Positions 1 to 10,247 are shown, numbered from the stretch's first letter. The stretch is 64,000 bases of DNA from Candidatus Omnitrophota bacterium (GCA_903860135.1 CAIOPG010000008.1:127-64126), one strand, 5' to 3'. Numbers and translations are program-made. The notes: a model not told the origin generated them from the letters alone.

Positions 1-75
1 GAAAATTTCCAAATCTATTACAAATATATACTATTAATTATAGGCGTGCCATTTTTTCTTGATTTTAGAAAAGAA

Positions 76-339
76 TTACGCTTGGTCTTTACGGCAGACA
101 GAAATACGCAGATGATCATACAGAAATTCAGGCGCGATATCCACGCCATTATCCCATACGACCGTTCGCATCAGAGGATCAACTTTTGCCGTCTTGAACA
201 ATAATACATCCTTCAGCGGACCGAAGACCTCGCCTTCAAGTTCATCGGCAAGATCAATTTCACCTGAAGCCCCGTCATTAAAGGCGACATACAATATATA
301 GTCATGAAGGTATTGCACACTACTTACATGAAGGATCAT
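76..339 (-). CDS. DUF2442-family protein (antitoxin-like partner of DUF4160)
   Basis: 87 aa with F.DG..G.IDL...L.GEVF.PL.D...F....VD....TVVW.NG.DIAPE.LY pattern; directly downstream of DUF4160 gene. Confidence 0.85.
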   Translation of the reverse strand: MILHVSSVQYLHDYILYVAFNDGASGEIDLADELEGEVFGPLKDVLLFKTAKVDPLMRTVVWDNGVDIAPEFLYDHLRISVCRKDQA

Positions 340-343
340 ACAT

Positions 344-601
344 TTATTCCAATGGCTTAATTGGGAAAAGCTGTTTCTTGCTAATTGCCAATTCCCATTC
401 TTTTCTTAGTTCATCCTGATGTATTTGACGCCACTCCTGAACAAGACCCAACGCACGTCTTGACATAGCTCCAGTCACTTGACCGCTTTCGATCTCGACG
501 ATGACTTCATCATCACCATAACGGGCATGAAAATGTGCCGGAGCATGCTCACGCCAGAAAATATAAATCACTATCCCATAAAACTGACTAATAATTGGCA
601 T
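344..601 (-). CDS. DUF4160-family protein (HicA-like putative toxin)
   Basis: MPIISQFYGIVIYIFWREHAPAHFHARY...W...H..EL...W signature. Confidence 0.85.
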   Translation of the reverse strand: MPIISQFYGIVIYIFWREHAPAHFHARYGDDEVIVEIESGQVTGAMSRRALGLVQEWRQIHQDELRKEWELAISKKQLFPIKPLE

Positions 602-683
602 ATCTTTAACCTTGAAACCATCTTAATTCTTAATGAATAATGCAATATGCTATAAGTTTAGCATAAAACATGATGGAATAAAC

Positions 684-1832
684 CTAATTCTCCTGCACAC
701 TCACCAGCTTGCCCATGTGTTCGAGTTTGGCGGCGATGAGGGGGATGATGGTTGCGCGGGGGAGGATGCCTTGTTTGCGGTAGGAGAGGTCTTTATTGGC
801 AGGATTCTTGGCACGGCCGACCATGAAATTGACACGGTCAGCGCCTTTAAGGAGGAGTGCCAGGTCGGCGGCGGCGCTTTGGTCGGAATCATGCTCAAGG
901 TCTTCGCCCAGGATATTGTAAACCTGGTTTAAGGTCACAGCACCCTCGGTGACGAGGTCGATCCCCTCGATGAAATAGCGCGGGGGTGTTGAATAAGAAA
1001 CAGGTTTTTGTTCAACCTCAAGCGTCTCCTGGGCACAGCGCGCCACGATATCAGCCGTCGTTGCCCCGCATACCACTTTAAGCCCTTCCCGACCCAGAAA
1101 ATCATGCACCAGGGCCATGTCGCGCGCACGGTCCAGGGCTGGCCCGGTCAACAGATCCACGACCTGGCCCTGGCGGCAGGAAATAACGGCCACCGTCTTG
1201 TCGTCGCCATTGACGGGGCCGTCGTGCTCCTGGGCCTGACGCAGGATGTCGCGGACCACAAACCGCAGGGGCCTGCCCCGCCCGGCCCAGCCGCGCAGGA
1301 ATTCTTCCACCCCGTCGCTCCCCCAACCCATCGGGAAAGAACGCCCGATCCCGGCCTGGGTTATGCCGTCGCTGACCAGCACAAGGCCATCGCCCGGATC
1401 CAGCTGGCCGTGATATTCATGCGCCACCCCGGCCGGGATCACCAAAGGATGCGCTTCCAACACATGAGCTTCTTTCGTCCCCAGAAATAATGGGGGCGGC
1501 ATTTCATACCCGAGGGCTGTAAGGGCGCCGTCATTTAAAATACGCGCCACAAGGAACGCCGTAAACGGCTTGGTCCCGTCACGCCACTGGTTCATGGTCG
1601 CCACGACGCTCAGGAACGCATCGCGCAAGGACATGCCTGACTGCAGGAGTGCCGCCAGGCGTGCAGTATTCATGCGCGCGGCCACATGCGCCCTGACGCC
1701 GGAACCGACCCCGTCGGCACAGATAAGCGTGGTGTGATAGATGGTGCGTTTGCACAGGAACGTATCGCCGCAGGGATTCCCCGGCTTCTTGGAAACATGC
1801 TGGAACTCGACTTCAAAATGATGATACGGCAT
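684..1832 (-). CDS. SpoIIE/PP2C-type Ser/Thr phosphatase associated with sensory hydrogenase (HfsC-like)
   Basis: CGD, ADGVGSG, SDGITQAG and DDKT PP2C motifs; immediately follows the HydS-like gene. Confidence 0.85.
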   Translation of the reverse strand: MPYHHFEVEFQHVSKKPGNPCGDTFLCKRTIYHTTLICADGVGSGVRAHVAARMNTARLAALLQSGMSLRDAFLSVVATMNQWRDGTKPFTAFLVARILNDGALTALGYEMPPPLFLGTKEAHVLEAHPLVIPAGVAHEYHGQLDPGDGLVLVSDGITQAGIGRSFPMGWGSDGVEEFLRGWAGRGRPLRFVVRDILRQAQEHDGPVNGDDKTVAVISCRQGQVVDLLTGPALDRARDMALVHDFLGREGLKVVCGATTADIVARCAQETLEVEQKPVSYSTPPRYFIEGIDLVTEGAVTLNQVYNILGEDLEHDSDQSAAADLALLLKGADRVNFMVGRAKNPANKDLSYRKQGILPRATIIPLIAAKLEHMGKLVSVQEN

Positions 1833-1834
1833 GT

Positions 1835-3568
1835 TTAAGTTTTCTTATCCTTATCCTCGGCAATATCCTTGCTGTCCACCGCTTGCATGAGTTTATTGAC
1901 GAGCTGTTCGCCCCTGGCGGTGTATTCACCGAGGAAATCGGCAAACTGGCGGGCCATTTCGATCTGGTGTTCATGCAGTTCGCGCGCCTGGGAAACCGTG
2001 TCATCTTTGACTTTTTGCAAGCGCTCGGCGTTGAGGCGGCTGTCGGTGATGTTGATGAATATCCCCACAAACTGCTTCTCGGCACGCAAGGCATACACCA
2101 GTTCCCGGGCAATGATCCCCTGGGCTTTATGGGCCCGCACATCATCGGCCATTTCGATCTCGCCGGACTTCACGCGCGAGAACGGTTCAGGATCCATCAG
2201 ATGGGACACATGCTGGCCGCAACATGATTCATTGACCCGGAACAACCGCGCAAAAGCAGGATTAAAATTCAGGATATTAAGGTCATGGTCGAGGACAATG
2301 ATCCCGTTGGGGCTGGTTTCCATGATCCGGTCCGACCGCTGTTCCGCCAGGCGGCGCATGTACGGGATGCACATCTCGGTTTCCGCCATGCCCTGAACAA
2401 CGGCCATGGCCTGGTCGCGGCAGGACGCATACCCGCACGCCCCGCAATTCAGCTGATTTTCTTCCCTGGCCTTGCCGGTTTTCTCGAGCACCGCGCGCAC
2501 CTCATCTTCGGGCACCGCGGACCCGGCATGGGGATGAGGCGCAAAAGCCGTTGCCAACTCCACCGCCCCGGCCTTCCGGGCAGTTACCCCGGGATTGCTC
2601 CGGGCATAACGGATGATCCTGGCCCGGCGGTCAACCACATTCCCGGCCTTGCCAATGCCCGCGCCGTTCACACAACCGTACGCGCACAACAGCGGTTCAA
2701 TGATGCGGGGAAAAGCACCCCGGGCCGCCTCTTCGAGAACATTCTTCAACGCCTCAAACCCGCTGATAAAAAGGAGCTTGTCATCGAGAACGCTGGTCTC
2801 AAACGCCGCGGTCGCCATCGAACCGCCTTCAACAGGAAACAGCCGACTCCGCCCGACCGGTTGTTCATCAAAAGAGCTGTCCTCGCAGGTTGCCAGATCA
2901 ATGCCCCGGAGCCTGAACCATTCGTCGAGCTCGTCGAAGGTCAAAACACAATCCACCAGGCCGGAAAACTCCGGACGATCAGCTTCCGCTTTCTTGGCCA
3001 CACACGGCCCGATAAAAACAACTTTAACCTGCGCGAACTTCGCCCGGATATGGCGCGCGTGCGCGATCATGGGCGACACTACCGGCACGAGATTCCCGAT
3101 CATGCCCGGATCATATTTCTCAATATAGGAAACAACCGCAGGGCATGCGGTACAAATATACGTTTTCGCAGGATCCTGCACACAGGCGGCGGTCTTTTCC
3201 GCCACCAGGTACGCCCCCACCGCCGTCTCGGCCACATGCGCAAACCCCAGGCGGCGCAGGGCCGCCGGGATACGGGCATACTGCCAGGGCTCGAAAATGC
3301 CGGCAAAAGACGGCGCCAGGCTGACCGCCACCAGAGGATTGTTGGCCACAAGGTCCATGGCAACCGCCAGGTCCCGACGGAAGGTCTTGGCCTCCTGGGG
3401 GCATTCCCGCACACAGGTTCCGCAATGGATACAGCGCTCCGCGTCCACAAAGGCCTGACCCTCGACGATACGGACAGCCTTGACCGGGCACACCCGCACA
3501 CAGCGGTAACAATCACGGCACCGTGCCTTGTTGGTAAAAACCACCTGCCGGGAATTGCCTTCGCCCAT
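1835..3568 (-). CDS. hydS: Group C sensory [FeFe]-hydrogenase with PAS domain (HydS/HfsB-like)
   Basis: N-terminal 2x[4Fe-4S]; altered H-cluster motifs TACP, FIGPCVAKK, EPLLCAYGCVNG; CGACGY..C Fe-S domain; C-terminal PAS; start placed at ATG 3568. Confidence 0.85.
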   Translation of the reverse strand: MGEGNSRQVVFTNKARCRDCYRCVRVCPVKAVRIVEGQAFVDAERCIHCGTCVRECPQEAKTFRRDLAVAMDLVANNPLVAVSLAPSFAGIFEPWQYARIPAALRRLGFAHVAETAVGAYLVAEKTAACVQDPAKTYICTACPAVVSYIEKYDPGMIGNLVPVVSPMIAHARHIRAKFAQVKVVFIGPCVAKKAEADRPEFSGLVDCVLTFDELDEWFRLRGIDLATCEDSSFDEQPVGRSRLFPVEGGSMATAAFETSVLDDKLLFISGFEALKNVLEEAARGAFPRIIEPLLCAYGCVNGAGIGKAGNVVDRRARIIRYARSNPGVTARKAGAVELATAFAPHPHAGSAVPEDEVRAVLEKTGKAREENQLNCGACGYASCRDQAMAVVQGMAETEMCIPYMRRLAEQRSDRIMETSPNGIIVLDHDLNILNFNPAFARLFRVNESCCGQHVSHLMDPEPFSRVKSGEIEMADDVRAHKAQGIIARELVYALRAEKQFVGIFINITDSRLNAERLQKVKDDTVSQARELHEHQIEMARQFADFLGEYTARGEQLVNKLMQAVDSKDIAEDKDKKT

Positions 3569-3579
3569 AAGCCGTCTTC

Positions 3580-5598
3580 CTATCCTTTGGCCTGCCGCGC
3601 AGCCAGGGCCTTGTCCACCGCCTGCACCGCCTTGGCCACGTCGCAATGGGTGATGGTGAGATCCCCCACTTTCACGGTCGGACCCTTATTGCATTTCTCA
3701 AAACAGAACGTCGCCTTGACCTGGACAATATCCTGCAGATTCTTCTCATGGATATACCGCGTCATGTGATGCAGGATGTCCTGTGCCCCTTTAAGGTAAC
3801 AGCTTGTCCCCACACACACCCGGATCTCGAGCTTGTCATGTTGTTTCCCGTCGACAATGATCATGGATTTCCCGCGCATGCGGCGGCGGGCATTGTAATG
3901 GGTGTGCAAGGCATGATGCGCCTTCTCACTGCCCGGGCTCCCGAGTTTCGATGCGTACAATTCCTTGACGTAGGGATTATCCTGCGACTTGTGCAGCTGC
4001 AGCATCTTGTCGGCTTCATACAGGCCCTTGGTGCGCTTGGCCTTGTACCCCGGCGTCAGATTGACCGGCTGACCGGCCCCATTAATACACCCGGCCGGAC
4101 AGGACATGAATTCAATGAAATGATACTGGATCTTCCCGGCCTTGAGCTTTTCGAGGAAAGCGCGCGCATTGGCCAAAGAATGCACCACCGCCAGGCGGAA
4201 GGTCTTGCCGGCTAAGGTCACTTCAGCCTCACGGATACCGGCCTCGCCGCGCACCGCGTGAAAATCCGGGTTCTCAAGCGTTTTGCCCTCGACTTTTTCA
4301 TACACATACCGCAACGCCGCCTCCATCACACCGCCGGTATTACCGAAAATGACACCGGCACCCGTCTTGAACCCCAGCGGCATATCCAGCGAGCCCGGCT
4401 GAAGGTCACGGAACTGAATGCCGAACTGATTGATCATCTGCACCAGCTCCTGGGTCGTGATCACATGATCAACCTCGGGCATGCCGTCGTGCGTGAATTC
4501 CGGGCGTTTGGCCTCGAATTTCTTGGCTGTGCACGGCATGATCGACACAACAACCATATTTTCGGGCGCGATCCCGAGCTCCGCCGCAAACAGCGACTTG
4601 GCCACAGAACCAAACATCTGCTGGGGCGATTTGCAGCTGGAAAGATTGGGGATCATTTCAGGATAATGCTGTTCCACAAACTTGACCCACGCCGGACAGC
4701 AAGACGTGAACATCGGCAGGATCCCGTTATTGGTCACACGGTTGATGAATTCATTGCCTTCTTCGAGGATCGTGAGGTCGGCGCTGAAACACGTATCGAA
4801 TACTTTCTTGAAACCCATGATCTTGAGCGCGGCCACGATCTGACCGGTCGTCAATTCACCCGGCTGATACCCGAACGCTTCCCCCAGCGCCACACGCACC
4901 GCCGGCGCGATCTGCGCGATCACAACCTTCTTTGTGTCATTCACGGATTTCCATACCGCTTCGACCTCCGAGCGCGGCGTCAAGGCTCCCGTCGGGCACA
5001 CGCGCGCGCACTGGCCGCACAACACACACGCAACACTTTCAAGGTCTTTCCCGAAAGCGGGCTGGACCACCACGTCATGGCCGCGATGCGCAAAATCAAT
5101 GGCACCGATACCCTGCACTTCCGCGCACATGCGCACGCAGTCGCCGCAAAGGATGCACTTGTTGGGATTGCGCACGATCGACGTCGAACTTGTGTCAATA
5201 GGATGTGGTTTCTGCACAGAACGGAAACGCACCTTGTCTACCCCCAGCCGCTTGGAAATATCCTGCAGTTTGCAATTGGTGCTTTTCACGCACGTCGTGC
5301 ATTCGCGGTCATGATTGGCCAGGATAAGCTCCAGCGCGATCTTGCGGATCTGACGCACTTCGGCGGTATTGGTTTTAACCTTCATCCCCGCTTCGGGAGG
5401 TGTCGAACACGACGTCAAAAGGCCGCGCCCCTCGATCTCAACGGTACACATCCGGCAGGCGCCGTACACACTCAGCTCCGACACATAGCAGAACGTCGGG
5501 ATATCGATATGGGCCTTGCGAATAACCTCAAGGAGGTTCTTCTCCCCCTCTATCGGCACTTCACGCCCGTCAATGTTGACATACTTAACAGCATCCAT
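3580..5598 (-). CDS. hydA: Group A3 [FeFe]-hydrogenase catalytic subunit with C-terminal thioredoxin-like [2Fe-2S] domain
   Basis: TSCCPAW, MPCTAKKFE and EFMSCPAGCINGAGQP motifs; N-terminal Fe-S domains; C-terminal CVGTSC...CFEKC. Confidence 0.95.
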   Translation of the reverse strand: MDAVKYVNIDGREVPIEGEKNLLEVIRKAHIDIPTFCYVSELSVYGACRMCTVEIEGRGLLTSCSTPPEAGMKVKTNTAEVRQIRKIALELILANHDRECTTCVKSTNCKLQDISKRLGVDKVRFRSVQKPHPIDTSSTSIVRNPNKCILCGDCVRMCAEVQGIGAIDFAHRGHDVVVQPAFGKDLESVACVLCGQCARVCPTGALTPRSEVEAVWKSVNDTKKVVIAQIAPAVRVALGEAFGYQPGELTTGQIVAALKIMGFKKVFDTCFSADLTILEEGNEFINRVTNNGILPMFTSCCPAWVKFVEQHYPEMIPNLSSCKSPQQMFGSVAKSLFAAELGIAPENMVVVSIMPCTAKKFEAKRPEFTHDGMPEVDHVITTQELVQMINQFGIQFRDLQPGSLDMPLGFKTGAGVIFGNTGGVMEAALRYVYEKVEGKTLENPDFHAVRGEAGIREAEVTLAGKTFRLAVVHSLANARAFLEKLKAGKIQYHFIEFMSCPAGCINGAGQPVNLTPGYKAKRTKGLYEADKMLQLHKSQDNPYVKELYASKLGSPGSEKAHHALHTHYNARRRMRGKSMIIVDGKQHDKLEIRVCVGTSCYLKGAQDILHHMTRYIHEKNLQDIVQVKATFCFEKCNKGPTVKVGDLTITHCDVAKAVQAVDKALAARQAKG

Positions 5599-5600
5599 GG

Positions 5601-7502
5601 TCAAACCCCCGTGATAGCATCAAATTTACATGTGGCCGCGCAAACCCCGCAACGGATACAAATATCCGCGTTGAGGACATGCGGCTTCTTGACTTCACCT
5701 TTAATCGCGCCCACCGGGCACTTTTTCACGCACGCCGTACACCCCTTGCACTTGTCGGGATGGATCTCGGGCCTGGCCAGCTTCTTGCACTCACCCGTCG
5801 GGCAACGCTTGTCAACGACGTGAGCCAAATACTCATCATAAAAATACTTGAGCGTCGACAGGACCGGATTGGGCGCCGTCTTTCCAAGGCCGCACAAGGA
5901 CCCCTTCTGGACAACGATTGCCAATTCTTTAAGAAGGTCGAGCGTTTCCATCGTTGCCCGGCCTTCGGTGATATCTTCCAGAAGATACAGCATCTGCTTG
6001 GTGCCCTCGCGGCACAGGACACATTTGCCGCAAGATTCTTTCTGCGTGAACTGCATGAAATATTTCGCGATATTGACCATGCACGTCGATTTGTTCATGC
6101 ACACCAGCCCGCCTGAACCCACCATGGCGCCGATACTGCGCAGGGAATCAAAATCAAGCATCAGGTCAAAATGTTCGCGCGTCAGGCATCCGCCCGACGG
6201 ACCGCCGATCTGCACCGCCTTAAAACCCTCAGGATCGATCCGCCCCTTCTTGTCGGTCACACCGCCGCCCACCTGAAAAATGATCTCCTTCAGCGTAACG
6301 CCAAAAGGAACCTCAATGAGCCCCGTATTGGCCACATGGCCGGACAAAGCGAATGTCTTGGTACCCGGAGATGTCGGTGTTCCCAGCGCCCGGAACGCGG
6401 CAACTCCGATATTCATGATCAAAGGAACTGTGGCCAAGGTCTCAACATTATTGATGACCGTGGGTTTGCCCCACAGGCCGCTCTGTGCCGGGAACGGCGG
6501 CTTGGGCTTGGGCATCCCGCGATCGCCTTCGATGGACGCCATGAGCGCGGTCTCTTCGCCGCACACAAAAGCACCCGCGCCTTCCATAACATTCACGTTG
6601 AACTTCATGCCGGTGCCAAAAACATTATCACCGAGGATCCCTGCCGCCCGGGCATCGTCGCACGCCTGACGGACACGCTTGACCGCCAGCGGATATTCCG
6701 CCCGCACATACACATACCCTTCATCGGCACCGATGGCGCGCGCCGCGATCATCATCCCCTCGATCACCGCGTGCGGATTGCCTTCCATCACCGAGCGGTC
6801 CATGAACGCCCCCGGATCCCCTTCGTCACCGTTACAAATAATATATTTCTTGTCATTCTTCTGCACACGGCACACATCCCATTTCTTGCCCGTCGGGAAA
6901 CCACCGCCGCCACGCCCGCGCAGGCCGGAATCGATCAAATCCTTGCAAATAGCTTCGGGCGTCATCTCCATATAGGCTTTCTTGGCCGCCGCATACCCGC
7001 CGATAGCTTGATATTCCTGAATATCTTCAGGATTCAGCTCGCCGCACTGCTTGAGGACAAAGCGCGACTGGCGCTGGTAGAAAGGGATCTCTTTCTGCGA
7101 CCGGCAATGCTGTCCTGACACAGGATCAACATACAAAAGGCTGTCGATAACCTCACCGTTCATCAAGGTTTTTTCGACAACACTTTTCACATCCGCAGGT
7201 GTAACCCGATTATAAAGGATATCATCGGGCATGATCTTGACCAAAGGCCCCATCTGGCAAAACCCCTGACAGCCGCTCTTGGAAATATACACCGTGCCGC
7301 CCTTGTCCGTACTGGAAGAAGCCCCTTCAAATGTCGTAACCACTTTAAGCCCAAGGGCATTGACCTCAGCCGCAAAAGCCTTATATACCTCCATCGCCCC
7401 ATTGGCCACACAGCCGGTTCCGGTACAAATGATGATCTTTTTCTTCAAGCCGCCCTTGCCCTCGATGATCAATGCGGCGGAACCCTCCTTAAACTGACAC
7501 AT
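5601..7502 (-). CDS. hydB: Electron-bifurcating hydrogenase beta subunit (NuoF-like, NADH/FMN-binding)
   Basis: GLRGRGGGGFP, NGDEGDPGAFMDRS, FVCGEETAL, GGPSGG, C-terminal ferredoxin. Confidence 0.93.
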   Translation of the reverse strand: MCQFKEGSAALIIEGKGGLKKKIIICTGTGCVANGAMEVYKAFAAEVNALGLKVVTTFEGASSSTDKGGTVYISKSGCQGFCQMGPLVKIMPDDILYNRVTPADVKSVVEKTLMNGEVIDSLLYVDPVSGQHCRSQKEIPFYQRQSRFVLKQCGELNPEDIQEYQAIGGYAAAKKAYMEMTPEAICKDLIDSGLRGRGGGGFPTGKKWDVCRVQKNDKKYIICNGDEGDPGAFMDRSVMEGNPHAVIEGMMIAARAIGADEGYVYVRAEYPLAVKRVRQACDDARAAGILGDNVFGTGMKFNVNVMEGAGAFVCGEETALMASIEGDRGMPKPKPPFPAQSGLWGKPTVINNVETLATVPLIMNIGVAAFRALGTPTSPGTKTFALSGHVANTGLIEVPFGVTLKEIIFQVGGGVTDKKGRIDPEGFKAVQIGGPSGGCLTREHFDLMLDFDSLRSIGAMVGSGGLVCMNKSTCMVNIAKYFMQFTQKESCGKCVLCREGTKQMLYLLEDITEGRATMETLDLLKELAIVVQKGSLCGLGKTAPNPVLSTLKYFYDEYLAHVVDKRCPTGECKKLARPEIHPDKCKGCTACVKKCPVGAIKGEVKKPHVLNADICIRCGVCAATCKFDAITGV

Positions 7503-7992
7503 GCGTGCTCTCCTCTTTCTTTTTGATATCTTCCAGAAGCTTTAAGGCTTTTACAGAAGTCATTTGCCCGTACACCGTTTCATTGACCACGATGACCGGA
7601 GCCAAACCGCAGGCGCCCAGGCATGACACGGTCTCGACCGTAAACAGCATGTCCGGCGTGGTCACATCCGTGCCGGTCAAACCGAGTTTCTGGCGCAGGG
7701 CATCGAGCAAATTTTCCGAACCTTTCACATGGCAAGCTGTCCCGTCGCACAGGCGCACCACATATTTCCCCTTGGGCACCAGCGCAAAATGCGCGTAAAA
7801 AGACGCCACCCCGTACACCTTGGCCGGCGACAAGCTCAGGGTCGTCGCCACAAAGGTCATGACTTCCTCGGGAAGATAGCGATATTCATCCTGGACTTCC
7901 TGCAAGATGGGGATCAGTTTGGCCGGATCAGCACCATGCCGTTCGACAATGGCGCAAACCTTTTCAAATTTTCGATACATCACTGTTGGCAT
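7489..7992 (-). CDS. hydC: Hydrogenase gamma subunit (NuoE-like [2Fe-2S])
   Basis: CDGTACHVKG...CLGACGLAPV; RBS AGGAGAG before ATG 7992. Confidence 0.92.
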   Translation of the reverse strand: MPTVMYRKFEKVCAIVERHGADPAKLIPILQEVQDEYRYLPEEVMTFVATTLSLSPAKVYGVASFYAHFALVPKGKYVVRLCDGTACHVKGSENLLDALRQKLGLTGTDVTTPDMLFTVETVSCLGACGLAPVIVVNETVYGQMTSVKALKLLEDIKKKEESTHVSV

Positions 7993-8647
7993 TGTTCTCT
8001 CCTTGATCACGGTTACGTTTAAGATTATTCGTTAACACGGCCAGGCTTTGGGTCAGGCGTGCATTTTCCAGGATAACATCCGCCGGGATGCGCAACGGCG
8101 CCGGCGCAAAATTCCAGATCGCCTTTATCCCGGCATTGACCATCAAATCAACAGCAGACTGCGCATGCTCCGCCGGAACGCTCACGATCCCGATATGGAC
8201 ATGCATCCGCTTTGATAAATTGGCCAACCTATTAAGCGGAAGGACTTCTTTACCAAAAATACGTGTGCCGACCTTACGGGGATCATTATCAAAAGCCGCC
8301 ACAATATTAAGGCCGTACTTTTCAAAATCACGATATCCTAATAGTGCCTTACCAAGATTGCCCGCGCCCACAAGGAACGCATCATGCGCATTGTTCCATC
8401 CCAGAAACTCCTTTATACTGTCCACAAGGCCCGCCACCCGAAAACCGATGCGCGCCGTCCCCACCTCACCAGTAACCTCAAGATCCTTGCGTACCTGTGT
8501 CGGATCAAAATCAAATTCTTTGGCGATCTGCGTGCAGGAAACATATTCAGCACCCTCGGCCATCACTTTTTCCAGAAGATGCAAGTACAGCGGAAGCCTT
8601 TTGAGTGTCGAACGCGAGACCACCAAAGGTTTTTTCTTGAATATCAT
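7964..8647 (-). CDS. rex: Redox-sensing transcriptional repressor Rex
   Basis: RLPLY...QVRKDL winged helix, VGAGNLG Rossmann fold, IWNFAP; RBS GGAGG before ATG 8647. Confidence 0.93.
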   Translation of the reverse strand: MIFKKKPLVVSRSTLKRLPLYLHLLEKVMAEGAEYVSCTQIAKEFDFDPTQVRKDLEVTGEVGTARIGFRVAGLVDSIKEFLGWNNAHDAFLVGAGNLGKALLGYRDFEKYGLNIVAAFDNDPRKVGTRIFGKEVLPLNRLANLSKRMHVHIGIVSVPAEHAQSAVDLMVNAGIKAIWNFAPAPLRIPADVILENARLTQSLAVLTNNLKRNRDQGENNANSDVSKI

Positions 8648-8690
8648 CCGGAATTCCTCCTGCCGGCACCCCATCGCCCGCGCCCTTTAA

Positions 8691-8764
8691 TAGAGAAAAT
8701 TTTATCGATAAAACTTTGTTCAAATATAGCACGGGAAAAAGTCATGTCAAGAAAATTTTCTCGA
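8691..8764 (-). promoter_or_regulatory. Sigma70 promoter of rex-hydCBA-hydS operon flanked by two Rex-like operators
   Basis: Minus strand TTGACA (8750-8745), 16 bp spacer, TGnTATATT (-10 at 8728-8723); palindromes TAGAGAA-AATT-TTATCGA (8691-8708) and TCAAGAA-AATT-TTCTCGA (8747-8764). Confidence 0.65.
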
Positions 8765-8816
8765 TTAAAACTTGCGATTTAAGTGAAACTTGTAAATATG
8801 GATACCAAGATTAAAA

Positions 8817-8862
8817 CCCTCCTCCACGAGCGAAGCGAGTGTGGGGAGGGACGGGGAGGGGG
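8817..8862 (-). repeat. C-rich/G-rich REP-like palindromic element, copy 1
   Basis: Minus strand CCCCCTCCCCGTCCCTCCCCAC...GTGGAGGAGGG; related copies at 19230 and 26384. Confidence 0.6.
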
Positions 8863-8937
8863 CATTAAGTCATGCAGAAAAGAAGGAAATCTTTAACCGT
8901 TACGCTAAGAACAGATTCGCATCGCCTCGTCGACATC

Positions 8938-9171
8938 TCAGGCAACATCGTCTGCCGGCAGATCCGGAAGCTTCGCCCTGATACTGTCCAGTACCCTAAA
9001 GCGCTCCTCCCTCGAATCCGCCAGCCGGGCATAATCCTGAGCATTAAGGATAACCACCATCGGAATACCTGATTTCTCGACAACAAACCGGGCACCATCC
9101 TTATACGACCGCCGCATGATTTCCCCAAAATGCGTCCTAGCCTCGACCGCAGAAATAGTGTCCACTGTCAT
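8938..9171 (-). CDS. Phd/YefM-family antitoxin (probably truncated, orphan)
   Basis: ISAVEARTHFGEIMRR...FVVEKSGIPMVVIL Phd fold; reading continues DVDEA after the TGA; no intact toxin downstream. Confidence 0.75.
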   Translation of the reverse strand: MTVDTISAVEARTHFGEIMRRSYKDGARFVVEKSGIPMVVILNAQDYARLADSREERFRVLDSIRAKLPDLPADDVA

Positions 9172-9194
9172 ATCATTCCTCTGATTACCCCTGC

Positions 9195-10247
9195 TCAGCC
9201 CTTTTCCTGCCCTTGACGCCGCGGCTGTTCTTCTATCCGCTGGGACTGAAACGCAGCCTTGACGTCCGACATACCACTGACGCTCTTGATCGCGATATCT
9301 TCAACTTTCTGATACGCCTTGTCCAACTGCGCCGAGAGGCGGGCAATCTGTTCTTTTTGTTCCTTGCCCAAACGCTCGAGTGCCTCAAGCTGGGATACCA
9401 GCACATTCTTTTCACCTTCCAGCGTCTTGCGCAGAAGCTCCTCGCGATTTCTTGCCTCCAGCTGAACCCGCTCCACCGCCTCTTTAACGGCTCGCTGGAT
9501 CGATGTGTCAAGTTCTTTCGGAAAACCGTCGACGCGTTTCTGAAGATCAGCCAACAATTTTTCTCCGTCGACAACGGTCTTTTCCCGGAACAATAATTCT
9601 TTTTCCAGAGTTTCCTTCTTCAAACGCAACTCTTTTTCCATCCGGACTTTTTCATCTTCAATCACATTTTTCGCCAGCACCTGTTCGCGCTTGAAGGCGT
9701 AGTCGTATTCTTCTTTTTCCCGCTGGCGCCGACGATTTTCTTCCGTATCCCGCTCCTTGCTCATCTGCTGATAATCTTTCTTTTCCTTCTCATATCCGGC
9801 ACGCAGGGTGTTGATCTCAAGCGTGATCTCATCTTTCTCCCGTGCCATCGCCGCGTCGAAATCTTCTTTCCTGGCCGCCTGTGCATCCAACAAAGCCGCC
9901 AACGTCTGGGCGTTCTTTTCGATGCCGTAGATCTCCTGAAGCTCCCGCTCCTTAACACTGACAGCCTCCCGAACCCGAGCGTATTTCTGAACCTCTTCCT
10001 GCAGGGAATCTGCCAGATGACTCAACATCTTCCCGATTTCCACCCGCAGCCCGCTCGTTTCCTTCACGACATTTTCCAGGGACAGCGCATTGGTTGTTTC
10101 TACCGCCGCTTTTTCACGTTTCTTCTCAATCTCAAACTCCGGCCGCAATTCCACCCGCTCTTTATCCTGGGATTGTTTCAACTGATCGTTATAGGCATCC
10201 AGCAAATTCTCTTTTGAACTTTTCTTCACTACTTTCTTTTCAGCCAT
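9195..10247 (-). CDS. Conserved long coiled-coil hypothetical protein
   Basis: 350 aa, E/K/R/Q-rich heptad pattern; RBS AAGGAG before ATG 10247. Confidence 0.8.
   Translation of the reverse strand: MAEKKVVKKSSKENLLDAYNDQLKQSQDKERVELRPEFEIEKKREKAAVETTNALSLENVVKETSGLRVEIGKMLSHLADSLQEEVQKYARVREAVSVKERELQEIYGIEKNAQTLAALLDAQAARKEDFDAAMAREKDEITLEINTLRAGYEKEKKDYQQMSKERDTEENRRRQREKEEYDYAFKREQVLAKNVIEDEKVRMEKELRLKKETLEKELLFREKTVVDGEKLLADLQKRVDGFPKELDTSIQRAVKEAVERVQLEARNREELLRKTLEGEKNVLVSQLEALERLGKEQKEQIARLSAQLDKAYQKVEDIAIKSVSGMSDVKAAFQSQRIEEQPRRQGQEKG

Noticed and set aside
2285-7118. Long plus-strand ORFs (for example 2285-3769, 4258-5823, 6171-7118, and similarly 21472-23007, 27833-29332, 34642-36150, 46088-47485)
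   Set aside because: Antisense shadows of well-supported GC-rich minus-strand genes, with no recognisable motifs.
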